Source of the DNA: Octopus vulgaris
Taxonomy: Eukaryota
Reading direction: 5' to 3'
DNA: 64,000 bases
Assembly (NCBI GenBank): GCA_951406725.2
Contig: OX597815.1
Location: forward strand, 49,290,001 to 49,354,000
Under the pieces are notes generated by a model. That model was not told the origin of the DNA and did not search any database. It saw only the letters and a list, made by a program, of their open reading frames with translations. The position numbers and the translations under genes are program-made. Each line of letters starts with the position of its first letter. Within the stretch, counting starts at the first letter, position 1. Shown here in pieces: positions 1 through 12,311 of this stretch.

Positions 1-495
1 GAGCAACAGTTGAAAAACTGGATTTGTGAAAACAACAGGTTATAAAAAATGAATTTTAAAGTTCTTTGGAGCATTATGTAATTTTTAAAAAAATTATTTT
101 CTCTTAATCCAAACCAACAAAATATGGATTAAAGATCCAATCAGTGTGAAAATAGAAAATGAAGGAATGTTACAGTTAAATGAAGCAGAAATGGATTCTT
201 TCATTGGACTTTCATGCGACAGTGCTGTAAAACAAAAATCTGACATCTTTCAATTTAATTTTTGGTTAGGTTTTCAACAAAGATATTCAAATTTATATGA
301 AAAAGCCTTATGATTTTTAATGCTTTTGCTACAACTTATAACAGCAAAACTGAATTCTCAACTTCGGTTTCCTTAAAAAATAAGCATCATAAGTGATAGG
401 TTGTCAAGCAAGATTTGATGCTAAAATTAACTTCCTTTCTTTTTGATGTACAATTGTTATTTGATAGCAAACATCATCAGCTTTTACATTCACAT
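1..495 (+). pseudogene. hAT (Buster/Charlie, ZBED5/FAM200-like) transposase C-terminal relic, truncated by the window edge
   Basis: Manual translation WIKDPISVK...LSCDSAVK...FWLGFQQRYSNLYEKAL* then, after a frameshift, FATTYNSKTEFS...LKNKHH...DLMLKLT. This matches the WIxNPF / LSCD / FW / FxTTYLCExGFS pattern of the hAT dimerisation region. Stops and frameshifts present. Confidence 0.8.
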
Positions 496-686
496 TTCTA
501 AAAAAAAAATGAAATCTCTTTTGCATTCTAAATTTTGTCAATTTTCTTTCATAAATAAATACATGCTTAATTATATTTTGTAATTTATAACTTTGTTCAA
601 TAAACTGTAGAATTTAATTGCATTTATGTATTCATCATCAATCCTCTGGCCAGAAACTTTGTAGATATAAAAGAAATCCAGATTAG

Positions 687-865
687 ACATGGCTCTGTAA
701 GTAATGGAGCTCATTTCATAAGCACATGGTCTTGAGTTCTATTCCATTGTGTGCAATCTTCTGAGATCTCCTCCCTGTTCATCTTTTCTGCAGATGTTGA
801 CATGCAACAACTAATGACTCATGTGCACAATTTGTTGACAGAAATTGTAAGGAAGCCCACCATAT
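687..865 (+). mobile_element. Degenerate copy of tRNA-derived SINE family A
   Basis: catggctctgtaagta...cacatggtcttgagttc...gacagaaattgtaaggaagccc resembles the head and body of the intact copy at 15684. Confidence 0.5.
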
Positions 866-910
866 GTGTGTGTATATGTATATGTACATATGTATATTTA
901 TTTATTTATT

Positions 911-1195
911 TATGCGCCCTTTTCAAGCCTAGCCAGGCTCATGGGCCCGGTTTCCCAGTTTCTGTGGAGTATGGGACACCAGTCCATTGCAGCATTACTC
1001 AAGAAACAGGAAGAGAGAGTGAGAGAAAGTTGGGGTGAAAGAGTACAACAGGGGTCGCCACCGCCCCCTGCTGGAGCCTCGTGGTGCTTTAGGTGTTTTC
1101 ACTCAATAAACACACACAACGCCTGGTTTGGGAATCGAAACCGCGATCCTCCGACCTCGAGTGCACTGCCCTAACCATTGGGCCATTGTACCTCC
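911..1195 (-). mobile_element. tRNA-derived SINE family G
   Basis: Minus-strand head ggaggtacaaTGGCCCAATGGttagggc...GGTTTCGATTCCc contains A and B boxes. About 180 bp are highly similar to the + strand copy at 47946. Confidence 0.85.
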
Positions 1196-1754
1196 ACACA
1201 CACACATATATATATGCACACATATTTGATAAGCAAATAAAGGTCAGTGAAAGGAAAGTCATCTGGCTGTAAAATACTACATTAAATGAATCTCTGCTCA
1301 TTCCATGAAAAAGCAAATGTGAAAAGGAATGAATAAAAGCAAAATTATATATATTTTAAAAGCTGGTTTGTCTTCTGACACCATATCAAAAGCGCACTAG
1401 GCTGATAACATCCCAGGAAAATATGGCATTGTTTTAGGCCAGGCCAGCTTGAATTACATTGCAGGCTACTTTAATCACAAAAAGTTTTTAAGGGCCTCTT
1501 GTATACTGACAGCATTGAAAGCATTTTGCTTTCTCATGCTATTATTACAATAATGAATGAATGATCATGGATTCAACATGAAATATTACCATTGAAAAAA
1601 CAGTAGTATCTTTCTTTTTTAGTTTTCATTATGATCTTTAATTTTTTATAAAACTTTTAAAAATGTTTGTCTAAATAAACCCATTTCAAGAAAGTATCAG
1701 GCAGGTTACAAGATAAAACGTTAGCCAGAGGCAGATATGGCTGGTCTTCTTGAA

Positions 1755-2403
1755 CATTTCCTAATCCAGGATGGATGAGCATTGGGTTCATCACTTTAAG
1801 TCATAGACAAAGAGACAGTCCAGGTAGTGGAAACATCCCTCCTCACTTTCTCCAAAGAAGGCCAAGGTCATTGCATCTGCAGGGAAGGTGATGGTCTCAG
1901 TTGTTTTGGGATGCAAAAAACATTGTGTTCATTGACTATCTTCAAAAGGGTCACACCATCACTGGAGAGTACAATGCCAACTTGCTGAGGCAGTTATGAG
2001 AAGCCATCAAGACCAAACGTCCAAGGAAACTAATGAAAGGGGTCTTGTTTCATCAGGTCAATGCTCCAAGCATATGGCTACTGTGCATGACTGTGGCTTT
2101 GGACTGATTGAACACCATTCCTATTCTCCTGATTTAGCCCCATCTGGCTATCATCTGTTCCCCAACATGAAAAGCATTTAGCTTGGAACCAGTATGGCAG
2201 TTATGGTAATGCTGTATCTGCTGTTGATGACTGTTTTTAGCAGTAGGATGAAAGCTTCTTTGTTAGTGGAATATAAGCACTGCAACACCAATGGAGGAAG
2301 TACTTGAGCCACATGGAGGCCTATGTTGGGAAATAAATCTCATTTGGTCACATTCCATGAGAATATTTTGGTCAGCCTATGAACTTTCCAACTGACGCTT
2401 GTA
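1755..2403 (+). pseudogene. mariner (DD34D-type) transposase relic with right terminus
   Basis: Fragments DEHWVHHF, PKKAKVIASAGKVM, FWDAK, IVFIDYLQKGHTITGEY and HSYSPDLAPSGYHLFPNMK (the YSPDLAP motif). Ends ...atgaactttccaactgacgcttg|TA. Multiple stops and frameshifts. Confidence 0.92.
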
Positions 2404-2626
2404 AGTAAAACAACACTGGTTGGTGAGAGACAAGTGTGTATGCACACAAATATGCATATACAGCATGCTTCTGCACTCACCAGGAATAAGTCAGCCTGGA
2501 GCAACAACAGAAGGCATACCAGAATTGCCAAATACAGTGGGATTGGATCCTAAGTGACATGGTTTCAAAGCAAACATTTTAACCACAGAATCATGCTTCA
2601 GCTTAAGCACACGGCATTGCCTATAT

Positions 2627-3006
2627 CTTTTACCTTTTACTTGTTTCAGTCATTTGACTGCAGCCATGCTGGAGCACCGCCTTTAGTCGAGCATATTGAC
2701 CCCAGGACTTATTCTTTGTAAGCCTAGTACTTATTCTATCAGTCTCTTTTGCCAAACCGCTAAGTTATGGGGACGTAAACACACCACCATTGGGACACAC
2801 ACGCAAACATATACACACACATGCATATATATATATATATATGTACGACAGGCTTCTTTCAGTTTCCGTCTACCAAATCCACTCACAAGGCTTTGGTTGA
2901 CCTGAGGCTATAGTAGGAGACATTTGCCCAAGGTGTCACGCAGTGGGAATGAACCTGGAACCATGTAATTGGCAAGCAAGCTACTTACCACACAGCCACT
3001 CCTGCG

Positions 3007-3010
<4 letters not shown>
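2627..3010 (-). mobile_element. tRNA-derived SINE family A (near full length)
   Basis: Reverse complement of the 15684-16085 copy: head aggcgcaggagtggctgtgtggtaag, internal (TA/CA)n, tail gtaaaag repeats. Confidence 0.9.
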
Positions 3011-3013
<3 letters not shown>

Positions 3014-3077
<64 letters not shown>

Positions 3078-3090
3078 GTATGTATATTTA
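3014..3090. repeat. (TA)n/(TATG)n microsatellite
   Basis: Direct inspection. Confidence 0.95.
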
Positions 3091-3914
3091 AACACATATA
3101 TTTAAGCATACACACCCATTCACCCACACACATATTTATTTAAAGACCCACATATATATGTATTTAAACACATATGTAAGTGTATACGTATATCTGTACA
3201 TATATACTCGTGCTAAAATACACATGTGCATGTATTGTCACATGAGGAAAGAAAGAAATGTATAGTAAAGTAAAAATGGGTTTTTAATAGTGTATAGGCT
3301 TTCAGTGAAATGTTAAAAAAAATGTAAGAATAGTAGCATGTTATTAATCTGTTTGGAAGACGCTTGTAAAATTTACAAGATCAATGCTATTGACCGTGAA
3401 ATGTTGCGGAGGTGCCTCACTAATAAACAGTATCTATAACTCAGTAATTTAGTGGAGTCTAAGATAATAAAAACGAGATGAAGTTAGTATTTTCAGTGTA
3501 TGCGTTTCAGTTAAAGTGATAAAGGACATTGATAGCTCGGCTTTTGGAAGCAATAGTTATCAGAGTTATCATAGATTGCTGTAGTTGATGGCAGCCACAT
3601 GAGTATAATGGATAGTAATGGTAATATGTGCAGAAGGAATATTGGCATGTAAGTTGCTGCGCCATGTAATGATATATATGCATGTCTATGCCATGTATTG
3701 CGTGTGTATGTACATGTGAAAATGAATATGTGGTACTGTGTGAGGATTTTAAAAGTTCGTATGTGTATGTGTTTGTGTGTGTATGTAAATATTTTGTGTC
3801 AAGACATATAATACTAGTGCATTTAAGTGTAAGAATGAATACATACATATATGTTTGTGTGTTTGTCTGTGTATATATAGATATATAAATATATAAGTGT
3901 ACAACCCCCACACT

Positions 3915-3993
3915 ATACATATGTATATATATATATATACATACATATATAATTACATATATATATATATATACATACATATATAATTACATG

Positions 3994-4031
<38 letters not shown>

Positions 4032-4149
4032 TAGAGTTAGATAATTACATATATATGTACATATACATACATACATATATATATATAATGATATATAGAC
4101 ATATATACAAATATACGTCTCTCTCTCTCTCTATATATATATATATCAT

Positions 4150-4196
<47 letters not shown>

Positions 4197-4290
4197 GTAT
4201 ATATACGTATATATAGATATATACATATATACAAATATACACACACAAACATGCATAATACATATGTATTTTATATAAATATACACAGAT
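3915..4290. repeat. Compound (TA)n/(TACA)n/(CT)n low-complexity block
   Basis: Direct inspection; accounts for the YI-rich ORFs. Confidence 0.95.
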
Positions 4291-4477
4291 ACACTCTAGC
4301 AGAAGCACCCAACGTTGCTTTGTTGCTGAATATGTAGAAAAATAATGACTTATAAAGAGGTTTTACATGCCATTTAATATGTGATATTTGCAGATTTTTT
4401 TTCCTATTGTAGTTGCATAAAATTTAATTTTTTCCAAGTTTCTATGATGTCCAAAATTTCTGAAACTGTGTTTATTA

Positions 4478-4880
4478 TCTTTTACTTCTTTCAGTCATTT
4501 GACTGTAGCCAAGCTGGGGCATTGCCGTGCAAGATATTTCAGTTGAATGAATGGATCCAGGACTAGTTTTTAAAAAATTATAAGTGTGATACTTATTCTA
4601 TCAGTCTCCTTCACTGAACTGCTAAGTAATGGTTGCAGGAATGTAAACACACCAACACCAGTTGTCAAGCAGTGATAGAGGGCAAACAAATTCATGAAGC
4701 AGTGTTGAAGGACAAACACACACACACACATATGTACTACAGGCTTCTTTCAGGTTCTTTCTACCAAATCCACTCTCAAGGCTTTGATTGGCTCAAGGTT
4801 ATAGTGGGAGACACTTGTCCAAAGAGCCATGCAGTGGGACTGAACCCAGAACCATGTGGTTGGGAAGCAAACTTCCAATC
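4478..4880 (-). mobile_element. SINE family A, diverged
   Basis: ttcagtcatttgactgtagcc...ctaccaaatccactctcaaggctttg...gggactgaacccagaaccatgtggttgggaagcaa matches family A. Confidence 0.85.
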
Positions 4881-5659
4881 CTGAATATTTATTGAACATT
4901 TTAAAATTTTGACATAAAATAAGCTATCTTTATTTTTTTACTTTCTTTTAATTCTAAATTGAAATGAGACATAGAAACCAAGGAATTAGACCAGAAATGA
5001 GTTTTGATCTGCAAAAACTCTGGAGAAGACATTTCTTGTCATACAGTTTGTTGCTCTGGAAAAGATGTTCACTTAGCTCAATATAGAACATACAACATAG
5101 AATTGCCTATGAAAGAAACCTGAAACTGTATGTTCAACTACAGCAATATTGTGAAACTTCCCCTGAGACTTGTTGATAATCATAAGAAAAGACACTGGGA
5201 AACTGAAAGTGCTTAAAACTGAAATAGCATATCTGAGGCAATTCAGGAAATGCATAGAATGAAAACATTTCCCATAGAGCAATTAATCATAATGAGAGCA
5301 TAAAAATTTTGACTGCTAGCCTGATATCAGTTTTGGGCACACTGCAGCTAGTGAGACATTCTGAATGGCATGTCTAATGAAAAATTATCTTGAATTTTTT
5401 CTAAGTAGTTCAGTCCACCTGATGATGAAATTATGCTTTGTGTGGCCTTCTTTCCATAAAAGGTTGCTCATGTCTAACTTACATAGTTACAGTATTTTAG
5501 TGCATCTAAATTTTATGGCAAAATAATGGATGCTCCAAATTTCAGTAGCAGATTGAGTGAGGAAAGACACTGATGTGCTGAGAAAAATTGAGAAAAGTGT
5601 TATTGAGCAATTGGCAGCATCATCAACAGTGGCACCCCACCCCCACTGGAAGGCAATAA

Positions 5660-5928
5660 CACTGGATCCCCACCACCCCTCCAGGCTGGCATAAGCGGAG
5701 AGGTGGCCAGCTGAAGATGTGGCTCATGACAGTCAAAGAAGATATGGGGCTCATTTGTAGCCCTCGAGTCTTTGGCGTTTGTTGCAGGAACCAGGAGTGG
5801 CTTCAACACACTGCAAAATCGGCCACTGACAGAGGTGCATGGATCGCCTTGACATGTGACACAGTGAACTCAATAGGAGCTGGCTGAACCCCCCCCCCCC
5901 CAAGTAAATGCCATTACAAGACAAGACA
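5660..5928 (+). mobile_element. RTE-clade LINE 3' end (ORF C-terminus plus short repeated tail)
   Basis: Translates PPGWHKRRGGQLKMWLMTVKEDMGLICSPRVFG...ATDRGAWIAL...NSIGAG*, matching the RRxGGQxKTW...DRxxW C-terminus of RTE elements. Followed by a caagacaagaca tail. Confidence 0.8.
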
Positions 5929-6409
5929 TTAACAGTAATTAAGGTATGGACTGATCCATGTCATCTTCAGCACTTTTGTTTGACTAGTGATGGTGTCATG
6001 ACGAAAAGCACCCAACACACTCTGTAAAGTGCCCCAGAGTTATATAAAAGTATGATAGAAAAATTATTTCACCAAAACATTGGATTTTGCAGAATGAATC
6101 AAGGATATTATCTTAGACAAATTTTAATTATCTGGAAGTAGTAGAACACCTTGATATTTGGGAGAACAAAGTAAACTTTTAAATTTTAATTTCTAATATG
6201 CTCAAGCTTTGTTTCATTTCAGTTACAGGTATATCTGAGCTGTTACAAAAGCTCATGTCACAGCTATGTGGTTTCTGTTTTTATCCCACTGTGCAGCACC
6301 TTACTGAACTCCTTTCTACCACAGCCCCTGGTTACCTATGACATATAAATGAAATGCGATAAACAGAACCTATACAGAGGCTAATCATATATTGGTGGTG
6401 GTGGTGGGT

Positions 6410-7054
6410 GTTAATTACATTGATCCCAGTACTTGATTAGTACTTTATTTTATCAGTATTAGAAATATGAACTACAAAGATGATGTCAGTGTGATTTTAA
6501 TTAGCAAGGTATTAAACTTGTACAAGTATCACAAGGTACTTGTCCAACATCCTAATAATTCTGCTAATCCATAATTATAATTGTTTCTAAGATAAGCACA
6601 GAACCCAAAATATGAGAGCGAGAGGGAAGAGTTGATTATGTAATGCCAATACTTGACTCATATTTATTTTATCCATCTGGGAAAAACAAAAGGCAAAGTT
6701 GACCTAAGCAGAATTTGAACACTGAAGATGAGTACCACAGGGCATTTTGTCTCACTCTCTGATAATTTTTTCAAATCCACAACTCTAATAATAATAACAA
6801 TAACAACAACAGCAATAATAATAATCCTTTCTACTATATGCACAAGGCCTGAAATTTTTTTGGGAGGATTTAAGTTGATTACATTGACCCTACTACTCAA
6901 CTGCTATTTATTTTATCAACCCTGAAAAGATGAAAGGCAAAGTTGACCTTGGCGAAATTTGAACTCAGAACATAGTAGCAGGCAAAATACCAGTAAGCAT
7001 TTCAGTTAGCATGCTGACAATTCTGCCAGCTCAACACCTTAAATATTATTATTA

Positions 7055-7109
<55 letters not shown>

Positions 7110-7313
7110 TGATAATGGTTTTGTATTTTGGCACAAGGCTAGCAATCATTGTTGATTGCATTGACCCAGTGTTCAACTGTTACTTATATTATCAACCCAG
7201 AAAGGATTAAAAGCAAAGTTGACCTCAGCAGAATTTGAAATCAGAACATAAAGATGGACAAAAGGCTGCTAAGCATTTTGTTTGGAGTTCTAATGAGTTT
7301 GCCAGCTCATTGA

Positions 7314-7351
<38 letters not shown>

Positions 7352-8560
7352 TAATAATACCCTGATGCAGTACCAGGCAGTGGCTCTCATGGCTTCTGAT
7401 CTTAACTGATTGGAAGTGTTATTATGTACATTGTTTTGTCTTGGTATAAAAGATGGGCTACAGCAAATATTCTGCTAAATACCACAGATTTGCTTGTCAG
7501 TTATTTGACCAGTTGAACATGTTTCTTGGTGGCTGACAGTATATGCATCTCTGATCACAAGCAGAAGTAGTGGAGATCATCATAGCCATGTGTTGAGAGG
7601 AATTCTTTGGGGTTTGACTAATTCCCCTTTGGAAACATAGACGTTTTGTTCATCATCTTTAAACAACTCTTATTCATGGACCTTTTGAGCAGGATGGGTT
7701 ACTCAACCTGAAGAAAATTCTAACCTACAAGGTTATCCCGAGAGGAGATCACTATGTCACGCACATATGTTTGTGATGCATGTGCCTGGTATACCCTTAT
7801 CAGATGGGTAGTCATGATGGGTATACTGAACTTCATATATTTTACCCCAGTGTCACTTTGATGGCATGCACTGCTCTCTCACTCAATAATAATAATAATA
7901 ATCCTTTCTACTATAGGCACAAGGATTGAAATTAAGGGAGGGGATAGTCAATTACATCGACCCTAGTACTTGACTGGTACTTTTTTCATTGACCCTGAAA
8001 GGATAAACAGCAAAGTCAACCTTGGAATGTGAATTCAGAATGTAAGGACGAATGAAATACCGCTAAGCATTTTGTCTGACATGCTAACAGTTTTGCTAGC
8101 TCCAATTTTGATGTGTGCTAATTTTGGTACTTTGCCAGCATGTTCAAGGGAAGGTCCAGGTTGTTCACATTGACCTCGCCATTTTACTGGTGCTTTATTT
8201 TATCATCTCAAAAGAATGAAACGTAAAGTTGATCCTGGTGGAATTCGAACTCAGCACACTTGAGTCAGATGAAATGCTGCTAAGTGTGTTATCTAACTCA
8301 CTAACAATTCTACCAGCTCACGGACTTCTTTGAGAAAATCCTTTATTCTAAGATAATTGTTTATAAATTAGACAGATGACTGAAAGTTTGAGAGCAGGGA
8401 ATAATCAAAGACATTGACTCCAATACTGCTGCAGTCTTTTATCATCCCTGAAAGAATGAAAGGTAAAGCTGATCCTGACAAGATTTGAACATAGAATCTA
8501 AAGATCTAGAAAAAATACTGCCAGGCATTTTGTCCGTGGCTCTAAAAATTCTTGCCAAAC
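6410..8560 (-). mobile_element. Head-to-tail cluster of about 7 copies of SINE family C
   Basis: Repeated unit (aatcctttctactata)ggcacaagg...attgacccc.agtact...gaaaggatgaaaggcaaagttgacct...gaatttgaactcagaa...aagcattttg...gccagctc at ~6413, 6585, 6824, 7116, 7899, 8125 and 8360. All copies have the same orientation, often separated by (AAT)n. Confidence 0.85.
7360..7885 (+). mobile_element. ~525-bp non-coding element family H embedded in (AAT)n (true strand unknown)
   Basis: Collinear with the reverse complement of 48421-48917. Flanked on both sides by (AAT)n. Confidence 0.85.
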
Positions 8561-9017
8561 AAACAAATAAAATTAAAAAAATAAAATCAAAGGAAGTTTT
8601 TACATTCCGAGATTGATGGATGCTTATAGATGTTCATTAATATAACATTAAGTAACTAAATGTTTAAAAATAGTTCCAGTATTTTGCAGAAATATGAATG
8701 GCATACTTAAGACTACCATGGAAGTTAATCCTGCAAACCATTGCATAGAAAACTTATTGTGAACCCTACAAAGAGAGATTAAAGAAGTGAAATATTCAAC
8801 ATTCAATACTTACTCTGTCTTCTGTTTCAGACTCAGAATGAATTTGTTGTATTTTGGTACTCAGTTCTATAAAAGAATAGAAGATCTTTTAGTAGAGAGG
8901 CTAGACTGACATCTGATGGATTTTTACAAAGAATATAGACATTAATGTATTGCAATTATTTTTGTATAATCTTTGTTCTCATATTTTGTGCATGTGGGTG
9001 CAATTGTGTATGTCTGT

Positions 9018-9120
9018 TTATATATGTATATAAGCATATATATGTGTGTGTGTATGTGTGTGTGCATATATATGTATATATATACCAGATATACTTATAT
9101 ATACACACATATATATATTT

Positions 9121-9168
<48 letters not shown>
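9018..9168. repeat. (TA)n/(TG)n microsatellite
   Basis: Direct inspection. Confidence 0.95.
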
Positions 9169-9169
<1 letters not shown>

Positions 9170-9837
9170 CCAAAAATTTTTCCCAAATTATAAGACCTCT
9201 CAAAGCTAGACCAAACATTTCAAGAAGATTCTTATGGCCTTCCCACTCCATCTACGATCTCATCTGGATTTTTCTGAATAGGAAAGGTTAAATACATTCT
9301 TAAATGAACATACTTTCATGATGAACATTTACATCTACACTTAAATACACACATACATCTTAACTTATATATGCACACACTCACAAATATCCCTTCATAC
9401 ATACGTGTAGATGGACATACAGACAAATAGATAGAAAGAGAGACAAAATACATGGCAAACTGCATCAAAATTGCAGATGCTTGGTAAAGGGTGTACGTAT
9501 ATGTACATATATGTGCGTGTATAAATATATGGGTGTGTGTGTGTATGTATGCGTATTACCATTCATTCTTTTCTGATATCATGCCGTCTGTGCATTCCCT
9601 CTCTCCATCTCTCTCTCTCTTTCACTCTTTTTTTAAGCCTGAACTTCACTGAGATATGCTATCAGGATGGTCTGAACACTAAAATACAATAAATTAAGCA
9701 GAGAATTTGAAGACTATGTTCTTTGTTCTATTCTTCAACCATCTCAGTACATTACTGCTCCAGATATATTCATTTGATGTAGCATTGACACACACACATC
9801 AAACACTCTCGTAAACAGGCAGCATGAAACGATACTT

Positions 9838-9840
<3 letters not shown>

Positions 9841-9928
<88 letters not shown>
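9841..9928. repeat. Perfect (TA)n tract of about 88 bp
   Basis: Direct inspection. Confidence 0.97.
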
Positions 9929-9929
<1 letters not shown>

Positions 9930-9950
9930 GTTTGTGTGAGTGTATGTGAT

Positions 9951-10248
9951 TCTGCATGGTTTAGAGGTTAGGGTATTGCCCTCACGATCTGCTATCATGA
10001 TTTCAATTCCCAGACTGGGTGGTGTGTTGTATTCTTGAGCAAAACACTTCATCTCGTGTTGTTCTGCGATCACTTTGACACCTGACACGTGGTACACTGT
10101 GCACCTGTTCAGACATCGTCGATTTGACAGAGAGATTGAGCTCATGTCTGGCACGAACATTTGACATTTGATCACTATAAACAAATCATTTGTGCAGGTC
10201 GTTCGGCAAAAGCTGAATGCTCGTACGTCGTCTTCGACGGGAGTGTCC

Positions 10249-10249
<1 letters not shown>
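9951..10249 (+). mobile_element. tRNA-derived SINE (family D-like head, distinct 3' body) ending in (CA)n
   Basis: catggtttagaggttagggt...tttcaattcccagac...ttgtattcttgagcaaaacactt is shared with the heads at 20649, 44843 and 63511. Confidence 0.75.
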
Positions 10250-10286
<37 letters not shown>

Positions 10287-10370
10287 AAGACTTTGTTTAT
10301 GTGAGTGTTTGTTGTGTGACTGTGTGTGTTATGGCTACTTATGAAGAGTAAACTTTTAACAGTAATATAC

Positions 10371-10709
10371 TAAGATGGCTGAAGAGCAGAACAAACACCA
10401 TAGTCTTAAAATTTTTTAGTTAATTTATTGTACTTTAGTGTTTAGACGCTCTTGATAGCAAATTCTAATGACGTTATTGTTGAGAGAGGAACAGTGAGAA
10501 AGAGAGAGAGATGTTGAATTGTTTATCCCTACATATTTTTCTCGTTTTTTTTTTTTCATTCTTTCCCACTTTTTTCCCCTCTTAATCCTTTCTATCGAAG
10601 AGCCTAGGCCCAAAATATCAAAAACCTTTCCATTCTTCCTGAGTGTTAAACTAATACATCTGCTTGCTGTTCCTTCGCCTGTCTTCGTCTTTTGTTTTCT
10701 GTAAATTTG

Positions 10710-10712
<3 letters not shown>
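10371..10712 (+). mobile_element. Possible decayed Penelope-like repeat fragment with two degenerate hammerhead-like cores
   Basis: taagatggCTGAAGAgcagaacAAAcaccatagtctta at 10371-10408 and tcGAAGAgcctaggcccAAAAtatc at 10595-10619. Both deviate from the consensus core. Confidence 0.35.
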
Positions 10713-10760
<48 letters not shown>

Positions 10761-10778
10761 TATATATACAAACACACG

Positions 10779-10845
<67 letters not shown>

Positions 10846-11359
10846 TAGGGAAAATAGATAAGTAAATGAATGGAAACTTTAACAGGGAGTGTGTTAAATA
10901 ATAAGGCACTAAAAGAGAATGACTCACTCCAGACACAACAAAATATGCTTCAACTCACGAACTCACATAAAGAATCTTGCAAACGAAATGAGGCAAGAAA
11001 GGGTAGATAGTCAGAATGAAAGAAGAATTAAACAAACCATGTAAGAAAAGGGTGTGGGAATGCAAAGAAGCGTGACTGTGCCTGTCAATGAGAAAATGAA
11101 AAAAAAGGAGAGAGGTTTAGATAGTCACGTAGTAGTAGTGAGAGGAGAGGGAAAAAGTCGTTGAGGGTAGAGGGACAGAAGCAACAGAGGAGAGTGTAAT
11201 ACTCAGTGACTGGTGTAGCAGCATAATTTTTAGCTGTTACAAGGGCAAAGCTGATGTGTTAGATAGAAGCATCTATAGCAGATCAAACTGTTGGACCAAG
11301 TGATGAAAATTACGGAAAGAGTTACTGCCCAATTAATTAGGAACAAAATTAGACGAGAT

Positions 11360-11490
11360 CAGGGGTTCCCAACCTTATTTTGCTTGTGGACCCTCTGAGA
11401 CCCTCTGGACCCTCTGTAGACCCCATATATACACATGTAAACTTTTGAAATAAAATGTTTGTTTGTAGGTTAGTAAAAACTAATAATGAA
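11360..11490. mobile_element. hAT-type MITE left end
   Basis: caggggttcccaacc...gtggaccc is similar to the termini of the MITEs at 15529 and 17873. Confidence 0.55.
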
Positions 11491-11497
11491 ACAATGC

Positions 11498-11550
11498 CGA
11501 CCAAAGCCTTGTAAGTGGATTTGGTAGACGAAAACTGAAATGAGCCCGTC

Positions 11551-11582
<32 letters not shown>

Positions 11583-11812
11583 GCATGTGTGTGTATATGT
11601 TTGTGTGTCTGTGTTTGTTCCCCGAACATTGCTTGACAACCGATGCTGGTGTGTTTACGTCTCTGTAACTTAGCGATTCGGCAGAAGAGACCAATAGAAT
11701 ACATACTAGGCTTACAAAAAATAAATCCTGGGGTCGATTTGCTTGACTAAAAAAGGTGGTGCTCCAGCATGGCTACATTCAAATGACTGAAACAAATAAT
11801 AGAGTAAAAGAG
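11498..11812 (+). mobile_element. SINE family A, 5'-truncated
   Basis: ccgaccaaagccttgtaagtggatttggtagacg...gctccagcatggct...gtaaaagag. Confidence 0.9.
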
Positions 11813-12253
11813 TATATATATATATATGTGTGTGTGTGTGCGTGCGTGCGCATGTGTGTGTGTGTATGCATGCGCGTATATGTGTGTATATACACACACT
11901 CAAACATAAGCACACACATATACAGACATGCATTTTTTTTTTGTTTTGGTTTCCAAATTCCCCTAATTTGGAGTCTTTAAGATACGTGAAATTAATCTGA
12001 AAGAAATTGAATCTTGCATTCTTCTGTAGCATTATCATTATACAATAGAGGTTTCACTATTTTTATAGTGATTTGTAATGTTTACATGTTTATGACTAAT
12101 TTTCATTTCCATAGAAATTTTAATGATTGATAACACATATATACATACAAACACAAATGCATACACACACTCACACATGCATACATATTTGTGTGCATAA
12201 GTATATGTATAAATGTGCATAATGTATATGCACACACACTCATAAATACATAT

Positions 12254-12311
<58 letters not shown>

